Notes: generated by a model from the sequence alone, not told the origin. Counted from the stretch's first letter, positions 12,142-24,280 are shown. The stretch is DNA of 64,000 nucleotides from Escherichia coli (GCF_003018255.1 NZ_CP027440.1), one strand, 5' to 3'. Program-made: numbers and translations.

Positions 12142-13335
12142 TTATTCTGCCACCAAATCCTGCGCACAAGCCCATGCACTCGACCACGCCCACTGGAAGT
12201 TATAGCCCCCCAGCCAGCCGGTGACGTCCATCACTTCGCCGATGAAGTACAGCCCAGGCACTTTGCGCGCTTCCATCGTCCGTGAAGAGAGTTCGTTGGT
12301 GTCCACGCCGCCGAGCGTCACTTCGGCAGTGCGATAGCCTTCAGTGCCGTTGGGTTGTACGCGCCAGTCGGTCAATGTGCTAATCAGTGCCTGTTGGTCA
12401 CGCACGTTGAGCTGTTTTAGCGAAACATCCGGGATTTGCCCGAGTTGTTGTAAACGTTCAACCAACCGCTTCGGTAGATGAACCGCCAGTGTGTTTTTCA
12501 GGCTCTGATTCGGATGTGCATTACGCTGCTCATTCAGGAAGGTTTCGAGGTCCACATCCGGTAGCAGATTGATACTGACAAATTCACCCGGTTGCCAGTA
12601 GCTGGAAATTTGCAACACCGCCGGTCCAGATAAGCCGCGGTGGGTGAAGAGTAAGTTCTCACGGAAAACGATGCCGTTTTCAGCGGTAATCACGGAAGGC
12701 ACCGCCACGCCCGCCAGCACCTGTAACTCTTCGAGCAACGGTTTATGCAGAGTGAATGGCACCAGGCCCGCGCGGGTCGGCAGCACGTTGAGGCCAAATT
12801 GTTCGGCAATCTTATAACCAAACGGCGACGCGCCCAGCCCTGGCATTGACAGTCCACCGGTCGCGATGACCAGCTTTTCGCAACCGGCAGTCATGCCGTT
12901 CAGTTCAAGCGTGAAGCCTGTTTCATCCTTCGCCACACTCAGCACTTCGCTACGCAATCTGAAGGTCACATTGCCCTTCTCGCACTCATCCACCAGCATG
13001 TCGACAATCTGCTGCGCGGAGTCATCGCAGAAGAGTTGCCCTAACGTTTTCTCGTGCCAGGTGATGCCGTGTTTATTGACCAGATCAATGAAATCCCACT
13101 GGGTAAAACGCGCGAGTGCAGACTTACAAAAATGCGGATTCTGGCTCAGATAAGCGCCCGGTTCGACATAAAGGTTGGTAAAGTTGCAGCGCCCACCGCC
13201 AGACATGAGGATTTTGCGCCCTGGTTTTTTACCATTATCGATCAGCAGAACCCGGCGTCCTGCCTGACCTGCCAGCGCAGAACAGAACATACCCGCCGCA
13301 CCAGCGCCTATAATAATGGCATCAAACCTTTCCAC
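12142..13335 (-). CDS. yhiN: FAD/NAD(P)-binding flavoprotein of the HI0933-like family
   Basis: N-terminal Rossmann motif IIGAGAAG; 397-aa ORF. Confidence 0.85.
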   Translation of the reverse strand: MERFDAIIIGAGAAGMFCSALAGQAGRRVLLIDNGKKPGRKILMSGGGRCNFTNLYVEPGAYLSQNPHFCKSALARFTQWDFIDLVNKHGITWHEKTLGQLFCDDSAQQIVDMLVDECEKGNVTFRLRSEVLSVAKDETGFTLELNGMTAGCEKLVIATGGLSMPGLGASPFGYKIAEQFGLNVLPTRAGLVPFTLHKPLLEELQVLAGVAVPSVITAENGIVFRENLLFTHRGLSGPAVLQISSYWQPGEFVSINLLPDVDLETFLNEQRNAHPNQSLKNTLAVHLPKRLVERLQQLGQIPDVSLKQLNVRDQQALISTLTDWRVQPNGTEGYRTAEVTLGGVDTNELSSRTMEARKVPGLYFIGEVMDVTGWLGGYNFQWAWSSAWACAQDLVAE

Positions 13336-13566
13336 GTTGCGCTCCTCTAAGAAAAAACGGGCGTGAATTGTAAAGATTCCTCAGTGGTCGCACCAGCATC
13401 AATATTACTAAAAGGAAGTATTTACCTGAATTATATAAGATAATTATTTTTTGAGTGAAATCCATACAGGAGGCAAATCAAAAAAAGTCTATATTTCACT
13501 TTGCCCGCGCCGCGAAAGTCACTGATAATGCGCCGCGTTCATGTCCTCAAAATGGCGTAACGTCCT

Positions 13567-15066
13567 ATGCTACATTTGTTTGCTGGCCTGGATTTGCATA
13601 CCGGGCTGTTATTATTGCTTGCACTGGCTTTTGTGCTGTTCTACGAAGCCATCAATGGTTTCCATGACACAGCCAACGCCGTGGCAACCGTTATCTATAC
13701 CCGCGCGATGCGTTCTCAGCTCGCCGTGGTTATGGCGGCGGTGTTCAACTTTTTGGGTGTTTTGCTGGGTGGTCTGAGTGTTGCCTATGCCATTGTGCAT
13801 ATGCTGCCGACGGATCTGCTGCTTAATATGGGATCGTCTCATGGCCTTGCCATGGTGTTCTCTATGTTGCTGGCGGCGATTATCTGGAACCTGGGTACCT
13901 GGTACTTTGGTTTACCTGCATCCAGCTCTCATACGCTGATTGGCGCGATCATCGGGATTGGTTTAACCAATGCGTTGATGACCGGGACGTCAGTGGTGGA
14001 TGCACTCAATATCCCGAAAGTATTAAGTATTTTCGGTTCTCTGATCGTTTCCCCTATTGTCGGCCTGGTGTTTGCTGGCGGTCTGATTTTCTTGCTGCGT
14101 CGCTACTGGAGCGGCACCAAGAAACGCGCCCGTATCCACCTGACCCCAGCGGAGCGTGAAAAGAAAGACGGCAAGAAAAAGCCGCCGTTCTGGACGCGTA
14201 TTGCGCTGATCCTTTCCGCTATCGGCGTGGCGTTTTCGCATGGCGCGAACGATGGTCAGAAAGGCATTGGTCTGGTTATGTTGGTATTGATTGGTGTCGC
14301 ACCAGCAGGCTTCGTGGTGAACATGAATGCCACTGGCTACGAAATCACCCGTACCCGTGATGCCATCAACAACGTCGAAGCTTACTTTGAGCAGCATCCT
14401 GCGCTGCTGAAACAAGCGACCGGTGCTGATCAGTTAGTACCGGCTCCGGAAGCTGGCGCAACGCAACCTGCGGAGTTCCATTGCCATCCGTCGAATACCA
14501 TTAACGCGCTCAACCGCCTGAAAGGCATGTTGACTACCGATGTGGAAAGCTACGATAAGCTGTCGCTTGATCAACGTAGCCAGATGCGCCGCATTATGCT
14601 GTGCGTTTCTGACACTATCGACAAAGTGGTGAAGATGCCTGGCGTGAGTGCTGACGATCAGCGCCTGTTGAAGAAACTGAAGTCTGACATGCTTAGCACC
14701 ATCGAGTATGCACCGGTGTGGATCATCATGGCGGTCGCGCTGGCGTTAGGTATCGGTACGATGATTGGCTGGCGTCGTGTGGCAACGACTATCGGTGAGA
14801 AAATCGGTAAGAAAGGCATGACCTACGCTCAGGGAATGTCTGCCCAGATGACGGCGGCAGTGTCTATCGGCCTGGCAAGTTATACCGGGATGCCGGTTTC
14901 CACTACTCACGTACTCTCCTCTTCTGTCGCGGGGACGATGGTGGTAGATGGCGGCGGCTTACAGCGTAAAACCGTAACCAGTATTCTGATGGCCTGGGTG
15001 TTTACCCTTCCGGCTGCGGTACTGCTTTCCGGCGGGCTGTACTGGCTCTCCTTGCAGTTCCTGTAA
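13567..15066 (+). CDS. pitA: Low-affinity inorganic phosphate transporter
   Basis: 499-aa polytopic membrane protein recognised as PitA. Confidence 0.9.
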
Positions 15067-15084
15067 TTGTACGCACCAAAACGA

Positions 15085-15113
15085 GCGGGTCAGTTTACTG
15101 GCCCGCTTTTTTT
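15085..15113 (+). terminator. Intrinsic terminator after pitA
   Basis: GCGGG...CCCGC stem followed by a run of 7 T. Confidence 0.7.
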
Positions 15114-15136
15114 ATGCGTCATTATTGCTGAAGTGC

Positions 15137-15472
15137 TTAATGCCAAATCATCAATGCAATCAGGCTGACCACCACCAGACCACACAATGCGCTGGTCAGA
15201 ATAAACTGCCGACGCACCCGCTCACAGCGGCGAATAAACTCATCATCGTGATGATCGCGATAACGTTGGGCATAGATATACCAAACGAGACGCACCTGTT
15301 TGTTGGGTTGGCCATGTGAGGTAAAAAAGCCCCCTCCATCAACATATTGATAGAGCAATGGATCGCAGTTACGCAGTACCACTAACAACGCGCGTAGTGA
15401 TGAGAAATAGCGCGCCATGTTAACAATGCAAACGACACATAAAGCCCAAAATAATGCGACGGTGCTTATCAT
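15137..15472 (-). CDS. uspB: Universal stress protein B
   Basis: 111-aa two-TM protein, divergent from uspA. Confidence 0.9.
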
Positions 15473-15862
15473 ACCTCCTCCCCGGCGACCTGCCCGCGGA
15501 GTTCCACCCCGGGGCTACCGCTCCCGATACGCTGCCAATCAGTTAACACCAGGTCCTGGAGAAACCGCTTTTGTGGTGACCAACATCCGAGCGGCTCTAT
15601 AGATAGTGTAGGAGATCAGGTTGTTTTTTTTCCAGAAGGTTAACCACTATCAATATATTCATGTCGAAAATTTGTTTATCTAACGAGTAAGCAAGGCGGA
15701 TTGACGGATCATCCGGGTCGCTATAAGGTAAGGATGGTCTTAACACTGAATCTTTACGGCTGGGTTAGCCCCGCGCACGTAGTTCGCAGGACGCGGGTGA
15801 CGTAACGGCACAAGAAACGCTAGCTGGCCAGTCATCGACAACTTTATGGAAGGAGTAACACT

Positions 15863-16297
15863 ATGGCTTATAAACACATTCTCATCGCGGTCGACCTCTC
15901 CCCGGAAAGCAAAGTTCTGGTAGAGAAAGCAGTCTCTATGGCTCGCCCCTATAATGCGAAAGTTTCTCTGATCCACGTAGATGTAAACTACTCTGACCTA
16001 TACACCGGGCTTATTGATGTGAATCTGGGTGATATGCAGAAACGCATCTCTGAAGAGACACATCATGCGCTGACCGAGCTTTCCACTAATGCAGGCTACC
16101 CAATCACTGAAACCCTGAGCGGCAGCGGCGACCTGGGCCAGGTTCTGGTCGATGCAATCAAGAAATACGATATGGATTTGGTGGTTTGTGGTCACCACCA
16201 GGACTTCTGGAGCAAACTGATGTCTTCCGCACGTCAGCTGATCAACACCGTTCACGTTGATATGCTGATTGTTCCGCTGCGCGACGAAGAAGAATAA
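15863..16297 (+). CDS. uspA: Universal stress protein A
   Basis: 144-aa [27 protein letters not shown]...; SD GGAG upstream. Confidence 0.95.
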
Positions 16298-16322
16298 TCT
16301 TCCCTCTACGACGTGTTCCTGA

Positions 16323-16346
16323 ACGCCCGCATATGCGGGCGTTTTG
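16323..16346 (+). terminator. Intrinsic terminator after uspA
   Basis: ACGCCCGC-ATAT-GCGGGCGT hairpin followed by TTTT. Confidence 0.7.
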
Positions 16347-16612
16347 CTTTTTGGCGCGCCTTGTTACCTTGCAGCGTAAACACCTTATCTGGCCTACGGT
16401 CTGCGTACGCAATCAAAATCCCCTGCCAATACAACATTTAACACCATCATATTTTCCATCATTAGTGTGATCAGCTGGTTATTTTCTGTTGTAATAGTGT
16501 ATCAATCTATTCACCGCATCAATATTAAGAATCTCTGACAGATGTAAACTTTTTCGCGCGTTATCCCTTACGCGTTCATACTTTTCAGGATGGTATTGGA
16601 AGGTTAATAAAT

Positions 16613-18082
16613 ATGAATACAACAACACCCATGGGGATGCTGCAGCAACCTCGCCCATTTTTCATGATCTTTTTTGTCGAGTTATGGGAGCGATTCGGCT
16701 ACTACGGCGTGCAGGGCGTACTGGCGGTTTTCTTCGTTAAGCAGCTTGGATTCTCGCAAGAACAGGCTTTTGTCACTTTTGGTGCTTTTGCTGCGCTGGT
16801 CTATGGCCTCATTTCCATTGGCGGCTATGTCGGCGACCACCTGCTGGGGACCAAACGCACCATTGTTCTCGGAGCACTTGTGCTGGCGATTGGCTACTTC
16901 ATGACCGGCCTGTCGCTACTTAAGCCTGACCTGATTTTCATCGCCCTGGGGACTATCGCTGTCGGTAACGGCCTGTTTAAAGCTAACCCAGCCAGCTTGC
17001 TTTCGAAGTGCTATCCGCCGAAAGATCCGCGGCTTGATGGCGCATTTACCCTGTTCTATATGTCGATCAACATCGGCTCGTTGATAGCGTTATCGCTGGC
17101 CCCTGTGATCGCTGATAGATTCGGCTATTCAGTCACCTACAACCTGTGCGGTGCGGGATTAATTATCGCGCTATTGGTTTACATCGCCTGTCGCGGAATG
17201 GTGAAAGACATTGGTTCTGAACCCGACTTCCGGCCGATGAGCTTCAGCAAACTGTTGTACGTGTTACTTGGCAGCGTGGTGATGATCTTCGTCTGTGCAT
17301 GGCTGATGCACAACGTAGAAGTCGCCAATCTGGTGCTGATTGTTCTCTCCATCGTCGTCACCATCATTTTCTTTCGTCAGGCATTCAAGCTGGATAAAAC
17401 CGGGCGCAATAAAATGTTTGTCGCCTTTGTCCTGATGCTCGAAGCGGTGGTGTTTTACATTCTCTACGCCCAGATGCCAACGTCGCTGAACTTCTTTGCT
17501 ATCAACAACGTGCATCATGAAATTCTCGGTTTTTCCATCAACCCAGTCAGCTTCCAGGCGCTTAACCCGTTCTGGGTGGTACTCGCCAGCCCAATACTGG
17601 CAGGCATTTACACGCATCTGGGTAACAAAGGCAAAGACCTCTCGATGCCGATGAAATTTACTCTCGGCATGTTTATGTGCTCGCTGGGCTTTCTTACAGC
17701 CGCCGCTGCGGGAATGTGGTTTGCGGATGCACAAGGACTGACATCGCCGTGGTTTATCGTGCTGGTTTACTTGTTCCAGAGCCTGGGTGAATTGTTTATT
17801 AGCGCCCTGGGTCTGGCGATGATTGCTGCCCTGGTGCCGCAGCATTTGATGGGCTTTATTCTCGGGATGTGGTTCCTGACGCAGGCTGCCGCGTTCTTGC
17901 TGGGCGGCTATGTGGCAACATTTACCGCAGTACCAGACAACATTACCGATCCGCTTGAGACGTTGCCCGTCTATACCAACGTGTTTGGTAAGATTGGCCT
18001 GGTTACGCTGGGCGTTGCGGTGGTGATGCTGCTGATGGTGCCGTGGCTGAAACGCATGATTGCGACGCCCGAAAGCCATTAA
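16613..18082 (+). CDS. dtpB: Proton-dependent di/tripeptide transporter (POT family)
   Basis: 489-aa MFS/POT transporter sequence. Confidence 0.9.
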   Translation: MNTTTPMGMLQQPRPFFMIFFVELWERFGYYGVQGVLAVFFVKQLGFSQEQAFVTFGAFAALVYGLISIGGYVGDHLLGTKRTIVLGALVLAIGYFMTGLSLLKPDLIFIALGTIAVGNGLFKANPASLLSKCYPPKDPRLDGAFTLFYMSINIGSLIALSLAPVIADRFGYSVTYNLCGAGLIIALLVYIACRGMVKDIGSEPDFRPMSFSKLLYVLLGSVVMIFVCAWLMHNVEVANLVLIVLSIVVTIIFFRQAFKLDKTGRNKMFVAFVLMLEAVVFYILYAQMPTSLNFFAINNVHHEILGFSINPVSFQALNPFWVVLASPILAGIYTHLGNKGKDLSMPMKFTLGMFMCSLGFLTAAAAGMWFADAQGLTSPWFIVLVYLFQSLGELFISALGLAMIAALVPQHLMGFILGMWFLTQAAAFLLGGYVATFTAVPDNITDPLETLPVYTNVFGKIGLVTLGVAVVMLLMVPWLKRMIATPESH

Positions 18083-18130
18083 TTATTCTTGCAGAAAGCA
18101 GGGTAGCGATAACGCTACCCTGCTTTACTT

Positions 18131-18883
18131 TTACACCGGCGTTCCGGCATAAATATCAAAGCGATGCCCTTTGGTCACTACCGCGTTTGGCGTGGCGACA
18201 TTCGCCAGCGGCGGCGCGTAGTCCGGGCGCTTTACCACCACGCGTTTGGTCGCCAGCAAGCGTGCAGGCTCCAGCAATCCATCGGCATCAAGATCCGGCC
18301 CCACCAGCGACTGAAAGACACGCATCTCTTTTTTCACCAACGCGCTTTTCTGCTTATGCGGGAACATCGGATCGAGATAGACAACCTGCGGGCGCGGAGT
18401 AATATCGGTCAGCGCCGTCAGGCTGGAAGCGTGAATTAACTGCAACCGCTCCTGCAACCAGCCGCCGATTTCCGCATCCGCATAACCACGCGCCAGGCCG
18501 TCGTCGAGCAATGCAGCAACCACCGGATTACGCTCCAGCATCCGCACGCGGCAGCCGACCGAAGCCAGCACAAAGGCATCGCGCCCCAGCCCTGCGGTGG
18601 CGTCCACCACATCCGGCAAATAATCGCCTTTAATGCCCACCGCTTTCGCCACCGCCTCTCCGCGACCACCGCCGAATTTGCGTCGGTGCGCCATCGCCCC
18701 GCCAACAAAATCAACAAAGATGCCGCCCAGCTTCGGCTCATCACGCTTGCGCAGTTCCAGGTGCTCCGGTGTTAACACCAGCGCCATCAGGTTGTCTTCA
18801 TCGTGCTCCAGCCCCCAGCGGGCCGCCAGAACAGATAAGGCGCCGTCTCCGGCGCCTGTTTCATCAATTAAGCAGATTTTCAC
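18131..18883 (-). CDS. rsmJ: 16S rRNA m2G1516 methyltransferase
   Basis: Start set at GTG giving (M)[24 protein letters not shown]..., 250 aa; the ORF track's longer ATG extension would overlap prlC. Confidence 0.8.
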   Translation of the reverse strand: MKICLIDETGAGDGALSVLAARWGLEHDEDNLMALVLTPEHLELRKRDEPKLGGIFVDFVGGAMAHRRKFGGGRGEAVAKAVGIKGDYLPDVVDATAGLGRDAFVLASVGCRVRMLERNPVVAALLDDGLARGYADAEIGGWLQERLQLIHASSLTALTDITPRPQVVYLDPMFPHKQKSALVKKEMRVFQSLVGPDLDADGLLEPARLLATKRVVVKRPDYAPPLANVATPNAVVTKGHRFDIYAGTPV

Positions 18884-18890
18884 TGAATGT

Positions 18891-20933
18891 TCAGCCCTTA
18901 ATGCCGTAATGCTCCAGCATCGCATCCAGCTGTGGTTCACGACCACGGAAGCGTTTGAACAGCTCCATCGGCTCTTCTGAACCGCCACGGATCAGAATGT
19001 TGTCGAGGAACGACTGCCCAGTTTCACGGTTGAAAATGCCCTCTTCCTCAAAACGCGAGAAGGCATCTGCCGCCAGCACGTCGGCCCACAGGTAGCTGTA
19101 GTAACCTGCGGCATAACCACCGGCGAAAATATGGCTGAAAGCGTGCGGGAAACGGCCCCAGGATGGAGACGGTACTACGGCAACCAGTTTCTTGATTTCT
19201 GCCAGAGTTTCGAGGATTTTCGCTCCCTGATCCGGGCGGAACTCGGCATGGAGGCGGAAATCAAACAGGCCGAACTCCAGTTGGCGCAGAATAAACAGCG
19301 CCGCCTGGTAGTTCTTAGCCGCCAGCATTTTATCCAGCAGCTCCTTCGGCAGCGGTTCGCCGGTTTCATAGTGACCGGAGATAAACGCCAGCGCCTCCGG
19401 CTCCCAGCACCAGTTTTCCATAAACTGACTCGGCAGTTCGACCGCATCCCACGGCACCCCGCTGATACCAGATACACCAGCAGTTTCAATGCGGGTCAGC
19501 ATATGGTGCAGGCCGTGACCGAATTCATGGAACAGGGTGATCACTTCGTCATGGGTAAACAGTGCCGGTTTACCATTTACCGGGCGGTTGAAGTTACAGG
19601 TCAGATACGCGACCGGTTTTTGCAGCGAACCGTCGGCTTTACGCATCTGGCCTACGCAGTCATCCATCCACGCCCCGCCGCGCTTGTTTTCACGGGCATA
19701 CAGGTCGAGGTAGAAGCTGCCGCGCAGTTCGTTGTTCTCGTCATACAGTTCGAAGAAACGTACATCCGGATGCCAGACATCAACATCTTTACGCTCTTTA
19801 GCGGTGATGCCGTAAATACGTTTCACCACTTCAAACAAGCCGTTAACCGCTTTGTTTTCCGGGAAGTACGGACGCAGCTGTTCGTCACTGATGCTGTAGA
19901 GATGCTGTTTTTGTTTTTCGCTGTAGTAAGCGATATCCCACGGCTGCAACTCATCGACGCCAAATTCGGCTTTAGCGAAGGCACGCAGTTGCGCCAGCTC
20001 TTTTTCACCTTGCGGACGCGCGCGTTTTGCCAGATCGGTTAAGAAATCAAGCACCTGCTGCGGATTTTCTGCCATTTTAGTGGCAAGGGATTTAAAGGCG
20101 TAGTTTTCAAAACCCAGCAGTTGCGCCAGTTCGTGACGCAGCGCGAGGATCTCTTCCATCACCTTGCTGTTGTCCCACTTACCGGCGTTCGGGCCTTGAT
20201 CGGAAGCGCGGGTGCTGTAAGCACGATACATCTCTTCACGCAAGGCCTGGTTGTCGCAGTAAGTCATTACCGGCAAGTAGCTTGGGATATCCAGCGTCAG
20301 CAAATAACCTTCCAGCTCTTTCGCTTCAGCCTGGGCTTTTGCCGCAGCCAGTGCGCTTTCTGGCATTCCTGCCAGTTCCGCTTCGTCGGTAACGAGTTTG
20401 GTCCAGCCCATTGTCGCATCGAGGACGTTGTTGCTGTACTGGTTGCCCAGCTCGGAAAGACGGGTGGCAATCTCACCGTAGCGTTGTTGTTTCTCTTTTG
20501 GCAGACCGATGCCAGAGAGTTCGAAGTCGCGCAGTGCGTTATCAACCGCTTTTTTCTGCGCCGTGTTCAGCGTGGCGTAATGATCGCCATCGCGCAGGTC
20601 GCGATACGCTTTATACAGCCCTTCATGTTGCCCTACCCAGGTGCTGTATTCTGACAGCAGCGGCAGGGTTTGTTCGTACGCTTCACGCAGTTCCGGGCTA
20701 TTTTTCACCGAGTTCAGGTGGCTGACCGGGGAGAAGATACGCCCCAGCACATCGTCTACTTCTGCCAACGGCTGGCAGAGATTTTCCCAGGTGTACGGTG
20801 CCCCTTGCGCTACTACGCGCTCCACGTTTTCGCGGCAGTCATTCAGCGCCTTAGTCACGGCTGGAACGACATGTTCCGGGAGAATTTTAGAAAACGGAGG
20901 CAATTCAAAGGGAGTCAGTAACGGATTCGTCAT
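18891..20933 (-). CDS. prlC: Oligopeptidase A (M3 metallopeptidase)
   Basis: HEFGH zinc motif present; start set at [17 protein letters not shown] (680 aa). Confidence 0.9.
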   Translation of the reverse strand: MTNPLLTPFELPPFSKILPEHVVPAVTKALNDCRENVERVVAQGAPYTWENLCQPLAEVDDVLGRIFSPVSHLNSVKNSPELREAYEQTLPLLSEYSTWVGQHEGLYKAYRDLRDGDHYATLNTAQKKAVDNALRDFELSGIGLPKEKQQRYGEIATRLSELGNQYSNNVLDATMGWTKLVTDEAELAGMPESALAAAKAQAEAKELEGYLLTLDIPSYLPVMTYCDNQALREEMYRAYSTRASDQGPNAGKWDNSKVMEEILALRHELAQLLGFENYAFKSLATKMAENPQQVLDFLTDLAKRARPQGEKELAQLRAFAKAEFGVDELQPWDIAYYSEKQKQHLYSISDEQLRPYFPENKAVNGLFEVVKRIYGITAKERKDVDVWHPDVRFFELYDENNELRGSFYLDLYARENKRGGAWMDDCVGQMRKADGSLQKPVAYLTCNFNRPVNGKPALFTHDEVITLFHEFGHGLHHMLTRIETAGVSGISGVPWDAVELPSQFMENWCWEPEALAFISGHYETGEPLPKELLDKMLAAKNYQAALFILRQLEFGLFDFRLHAEFRPDQGAKILETLAEIKKLVAVVPSPSWGRFPHAFSHIFAGGYAAGYYSYLWADVLAADAFSRFEEEGIFNRETGQSFLDNILIRGGSEEPMELFKRFRGREPQLDAMLEHYGIKG

Positions 20934-21135
20934 TAGCGCAGTCCTGGTTAAAGAGGTTAAGGAAGCGCTCAACAGGCGCTTTACATAATGTGTGTAGCAT
21001 GGGGTTAAGTGTAGTGAATTTCAATGAGAAACGTTACGCTTTCGCGGCGGCGGCCTCTTTTCGGTATACTGTCCTGATAGGCTTTTGTGCGCCCCGAATA
21101 CGGGCCGATTTTTACTTACCGGAACACCTTTACCC

Positions 21136-21978
21136 ATGCTCAGTTATCGCCACAGCTTTCACGCTGGCAACCACGCCGACGTCCTTAAACATACCGTTCA
21201 GAGCCTGATCATCGAGTCGCTGAAAGAGAAAGATAAACCGTTTCTCTATCTCGACACCCACGCAGGGGCCGGGCGTTATCAGTTAAGCAGCGAACATGCC
21301 GAGCGTACCGGCGAATATCTCGAAGGTATCGCCCGTATCTGGCAGCAGGACGATTTGCCTGCGGAGCTGGAGGCGTACATCAATGTGGTAAAACACTTCA
21401 ACCGTAGCGGGCAGTTGCGTTATTACCCCGGTTCGCCGTTGATTGCTCGCCAGCTACTGCGTGAACAGGACAGCCTGCAACTGACCGAGCTGCACCCGAG
21501 CGATTACCCGTTGCTGCGTTCTGAATTTCAGAAAGACAGCCGTGCGCGCGTCGAAAAAGCCGACGGTTTCCAGCAGCTTAAGGCCAAGCTGCCGCCGGTT
21601 TCCCGCCGTGGTTTAATCCTTATCGACCCGCCGTATGAAATGAAAACCGACTATCAGGCGGTGGTCAGCGGGATAGCAGAAGGTTACAAACGTTTCGCCA
21701 CTGGCACTTACGCATTGTGGTATCCAGTGGTGCTGCGCCAGCAAATTAAGCGCATGATCCACGACCTGGAAGCGACCGGCATTCGCAAAATTCTGCAAAT
21801 TGAACTGGCGGTGCTGCCAGACAGCGATCGCCGTGGCATGACCGCTTCCGGCATGATTGTGATTAATCCGCCGTGGAAGCTGGAACAGCAGATGAATAAC
21901 GTGCTGCCGTGGCTGCACAGCAAACTGGTTCCAGCTGGCACTGGGCACGCCACCGTAAGCTGGATCGTGCCGGAGTAA
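21136..21978 (+). CDS. rlmJ: 23S rRNA m6A2030 methyltransferase
   Basis: Start set at MLSYRHSFHAGNHADVLKH (280 aa); ORF track starts 17 codons upstream. Confidence 0.85.
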   Translation: MLSYRHSFHAGNHADVLKHTVQSLIIESLKEKDKPFLYLDTHAGAGRYQLSSEHAERTGEYLEGIARIWQQDDLPAELEAYINVVKHFNRSGQLRYYPGSPLIARQLLREQDSLQLTELHPSDYPLLRSEFQKDSRARVEKADGFQQLKAKLPPVSRRGLILIDPPYEMKTDYQAVVSGIAEGYKRFATGTYALWYPVVLRQQIKRMIHDLEATGIRKILQIELAVLPDSDRRGMTASGMIVINPPWKLEQQMNNVLPWLHSKLVPAGTGHATVSWIVPE

Positions 21979-22049
21979 TTGCAGCCATCGCTGGCACCTA
22001 TTACGTCTCGCGCTACAATCGCGGTAATCAACGATAAGGACAATATGTC

Positions 22050-23402
22050 ATGACTAAACACTATGATTACATCGCCATCGGCGGCGGCAGCGGCGGTATC
22101 GCCTCCATCAACCGCGCGGCTATGTACGGTCAGAAATGCGCGCTGATTGAAGCCAAAGAACTGGGCGGCACCTGCGTGAACGTCGGCTGCGTGCCGAAAA
22201 AAGTGATGTGGCACGCGGCGCAAATCCGTGAAGCGATCCACATGTACGGTCCGGATTATGGTTTCGATACCACTATCAATAAATTCAACTGGGAAACGTT
22301 GATCGCCAGCCGTACCGCCTATATCGACCGTATTCATACTTCCTATGAAAACGTGCTCGGTAAAAATAACGTTGATGTAATCAAAGGCTTTGCCCGCTTC
22401 GTTGATGCCAAAACGCTGGAGGTAAACGGCGAAACCATCACGGCCGATCATATTCTGATCGCCACCGGCGGTCGTCCGAGCCACCCGGATATTCCAGGCG
22501 TGGAATACGGTATTGATTCTGATGGCTTCTTCGCCCTTCCTGCTTTGCCAGAGCGCGTGGCGGTTGTTGGCGCAGGTTACATCGCCGTGGAACTGGCGGG
22601 CGTGATTAACGGCCTCGGCGCGAAAACGCATCTGTTTGTGCGTAAACATGCGCCGCTGCGCAGCTTCGACCCGATGATCTCTGAAACGCTGGTCGAAGTG
22701 ATGAACGCCGAAGGCCCGCAGTTGCATACCAACGCCATCCCGAAAGCAGTAGTGAAAAATGCTGATGGTAGCCTGACGCTGGAGCTGGAAGATGGGCGCA
22801 GTGAAACGGTGGATTGCCTGATTTGGGCGATTGGTCGCGAGCCTGCCAATGACAACATCAACCTGGAAGCCGCTGGCGTTAAAACTAACGAAAAAGGCTA
22901 TATCGTCGTCGATAAATATCAAAATACCAACGTTGAAGGTATTTACGCGGTGGGCGATAACACGGGTGCAGTGGAACTGACACCGGTGGCAGTTGCAGCG
23001 GGTCGCCGTCTCTCTGAACGCCTGTTTAATAACAAGCCGGATGAGCATCTGGATTACAGCAACATTCCGACCGTGGTCTTCAGCCATCCGCCGATTGGGA
23101 CTGTTGGTTTAACGGAACCGCAGGCGCGCGAGCAGTACGGCGACGATCAGGTGAAAGTGTATAAATCCTCTTTCACCGCGATGTATACCGCCGTCACCAC
23201 TCACCGCCAGCCGTGCCGCATGAAACTGGTATGCGTTGGACCGGAAGAGAAGATTGTCGGAATTCACGGCATTGGTTTTGGTATGGATGAAATGTTGCAG
23301 GGCTTCGCGGTGGCGCTGAAGATGGGCGCAACCAAAAAAGACTTCGACAACACGGTTGCCATTCACCCGACAGCGGCAGAAGAGTTCGTGACAATGCGTT
23401 AA
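22050..23402 (+). CDS. gor: Glutathione reductase
   Basis: 450 aa, FAD motif GGGSGG and redox-active CVNVGC. Confidence 0.95.
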   Translation: MTKHYDYIAIGGGSGGIASINRAAMYGQKCALIEAKELGGTCVNVGCVPKKVMWHAAQIREAIHMYGPDYGFDTTINKFNWETLIASRTAYIDRIHTSYENVLGKNNVDVIKGFARFVDAKTLEVNGETITADHILIATGGRPSHPDIPGVEYGIDSDGFFALPALPERVAVVGAGYIAVELAGVINGLGAKTHLFVRKHAPLRSFDPMISETLVEVMNAEGPQLHTNAIPKAVVKNADGSLTLELEDGRSETVDCLIWAIGREPANDNINLEAAGVKTNEKGYIVVDKYQNTNVEGIYAVGDNTGAVELTPVAVAAGRRLSERLFNNKPDEHLDYSNIPTVVFSHPPIGTVGLTEPQAREQYGDDQVKVYKSSFTAMYTAVTTHRQPCRMKLVCVGPEEKIVGIHGIGFGMDEMLQGFAVALKMGATKKDFDNTVAIHPTAAEEFVTMR

Positions 23403-23408
23403 ATGTTA

Positions 23409-23439
23409 AAGGGCTAAGAGTAGTGTGCTCTTAGCCCTT
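23409..23439. terminator. Hairpin between convergent gor and dinQ, possibly a bidirectional terminator
   Basis: 12-bp stem AAGGGCTAAGAG/CTCTTAGCCCTT with 7-nt loop; no strong T-run. Confidence 0.5.
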
Positions 23440-23455
23440 AGCTACGTTTCCGCTA

Positions 23456-23539
23456 TCAGTTCAGAAGCTGAAGCAGAAAGCGGATCAGTTCCAGCAGCGC
23501 AATTAACGCCCCAAGAACGATGATTGCTTTATCAATCAC
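23456..23539 (-). CDS. dinQ: DinQ membrane toxin peptide (27 aa, GTG start), type I toxin
   Basis: Reverse-strand translation gives (V/M)IDKAIIVLGALIALLELIRFLLQLLN with SD GGAG 8 nt upstream of GTG; a LexA box lies upstream. Confidence 0.8.
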   Translation of the reverse strand: MIDKAIIVLGALIALLELIRFLLQLLN

Positions 23540-23730
23540 CCGTTTTCTCCATGCGATGGAGTGAGAATGCATCCGCTTACTCATCCACTGCCTGTCACGG
23601 CGCATGCCCCATTGTTAGATGTGGGCATTCTCACTCCGGCCAGAGCATCAGTTAACGGCACCACCCGTACTTCTGACCAGGACTTTGAAAGCGTTTATGC
23701 GCATTGCCAGAGTGAAAATGTCTCAGAGCT

Positions 23731-23750
23731 AACTGGATAATCATACAGTA
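23731..23750 (-). promoter_or_regulatory. LexA box (SOS box) in the dinQ promoter region
   Basis: aaCTGgataatcataCAGta fits CTG-N10-CAG with an AT-rich spacer. Confidence 0.7.
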
Positions 23751-23809
23751 CTTGCGGGTTATAAAACCAGCATGTCCTTGCAATAGTTTCAGTATGGTAT
23801 TAGCATTGA

Positions 23810-23894
23810 TGCGTTAGATGATGGCTATCTCACTCCAGTCAGAGCCACCAACTCAGGGCTGGAAAGTAAAAAACCGACGCAAAGTCGGTTTTTT
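23810..23894 (+). ncRNA. agrA: agrA-like small RNA (dinQ-homologous antisense repeat)
   Basis: Repeat unit sharing GCTATCTCACTCC with dinQ (antisense) and ending in terminator CCGACGCAAAGTCGG plus TTTTTT; ends approximate. Confidence 0.65.
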
Positions 23895-24043
23895 ACATCC
23901 GGATTCGGACAAGGCCTGGTACGGCAGCGACCCGATGAAAGTATATAAATCCTCTTTCACCAACATGTATAGCAAACTGTCCCTCCGCCAGCTGAAGAAA
24001 TCGCTAACGCTTGCAATGTTAGCCACTGGCTAATAGTATTGAA

Positions 24044-24128
24044 CCGTTAGATGTGGGCATTCTCACTCCAGCCAGAGCCACCAACTCAGGGCTGGAAAGT
24101 AAAAAACCGACGCAAAGTCGGTTTTTTT
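24044..24128 (+). ncRNA. agrB: agrB-like small RNA (antisense regulator of dinQ)
   Basis: Second repeat unit; carries GCATTCTCACTCC exactly complementary to dinQ 23558-23570; same terminator hairpin plus T7. Confidence 0.65.
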
Positions 24129-24201
24129 ACGTCCTGATTCAGACCTCCTTTCAAATGAATACCCAACTCAAAATTCACACCTATTACCTTCCTCTGCACT
24201 T

Positions 24202-24233
24202 ACACATTCGTTAAACCATATGTGTTTTTGACT
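24202..24233 (+). promoter_or_regulatory. Putative ArsR operator (inverted repeat ACACAT-N12-ATGTGT) overlapping a -35-like TTGACT of the ars promoter
   Basis: Inverted repeat at 24202-24225 immediately followed by TTGACT at 24228-24233, about 50 bp upstream of arsR. Confidence 0.5.
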
Positions 24234-24280
24234 TATCCGCTTCGAAGAGAGACACTACCTGCAACAATCAGGAGCGCAAT

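Noticed and set aside
19131-20042. 303-aa plus-strand ORF inside prlC
   Set aside because: Antisense shadow ORF of oligopeptidase A.
21708-23087. 459-aa minus-strand ORF spanning most of gor
   Set aside because: Antisense to a well-recognised gene (glutathione reductase with intact FAD and redox-active motifs); product has no recognisable features.
23900-23913. 13-nt exact match GATTCGGACAAGG shared between the agr region and the gadE upstream region (43350-43363)
   Set aside because: Too short to interpret; flanking sequence does not extend the match, so it may be coincidence.
23818-24033. 71-aa ORF across the agrA-like unit and gor-like fragment
   Set aside because: Runs through an sRNA terminator hairpin and a diverged gor 3' fragment; explained by the repeat structure, not an independent gene.
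23810-24128. Two direct repeat units that might suggest a CRISPR array
   Set aside because: Only two units, each about 85 nt with its own terminator and homology to dinQ; they are agr-type sRNA genes, not CRISPR repeats.
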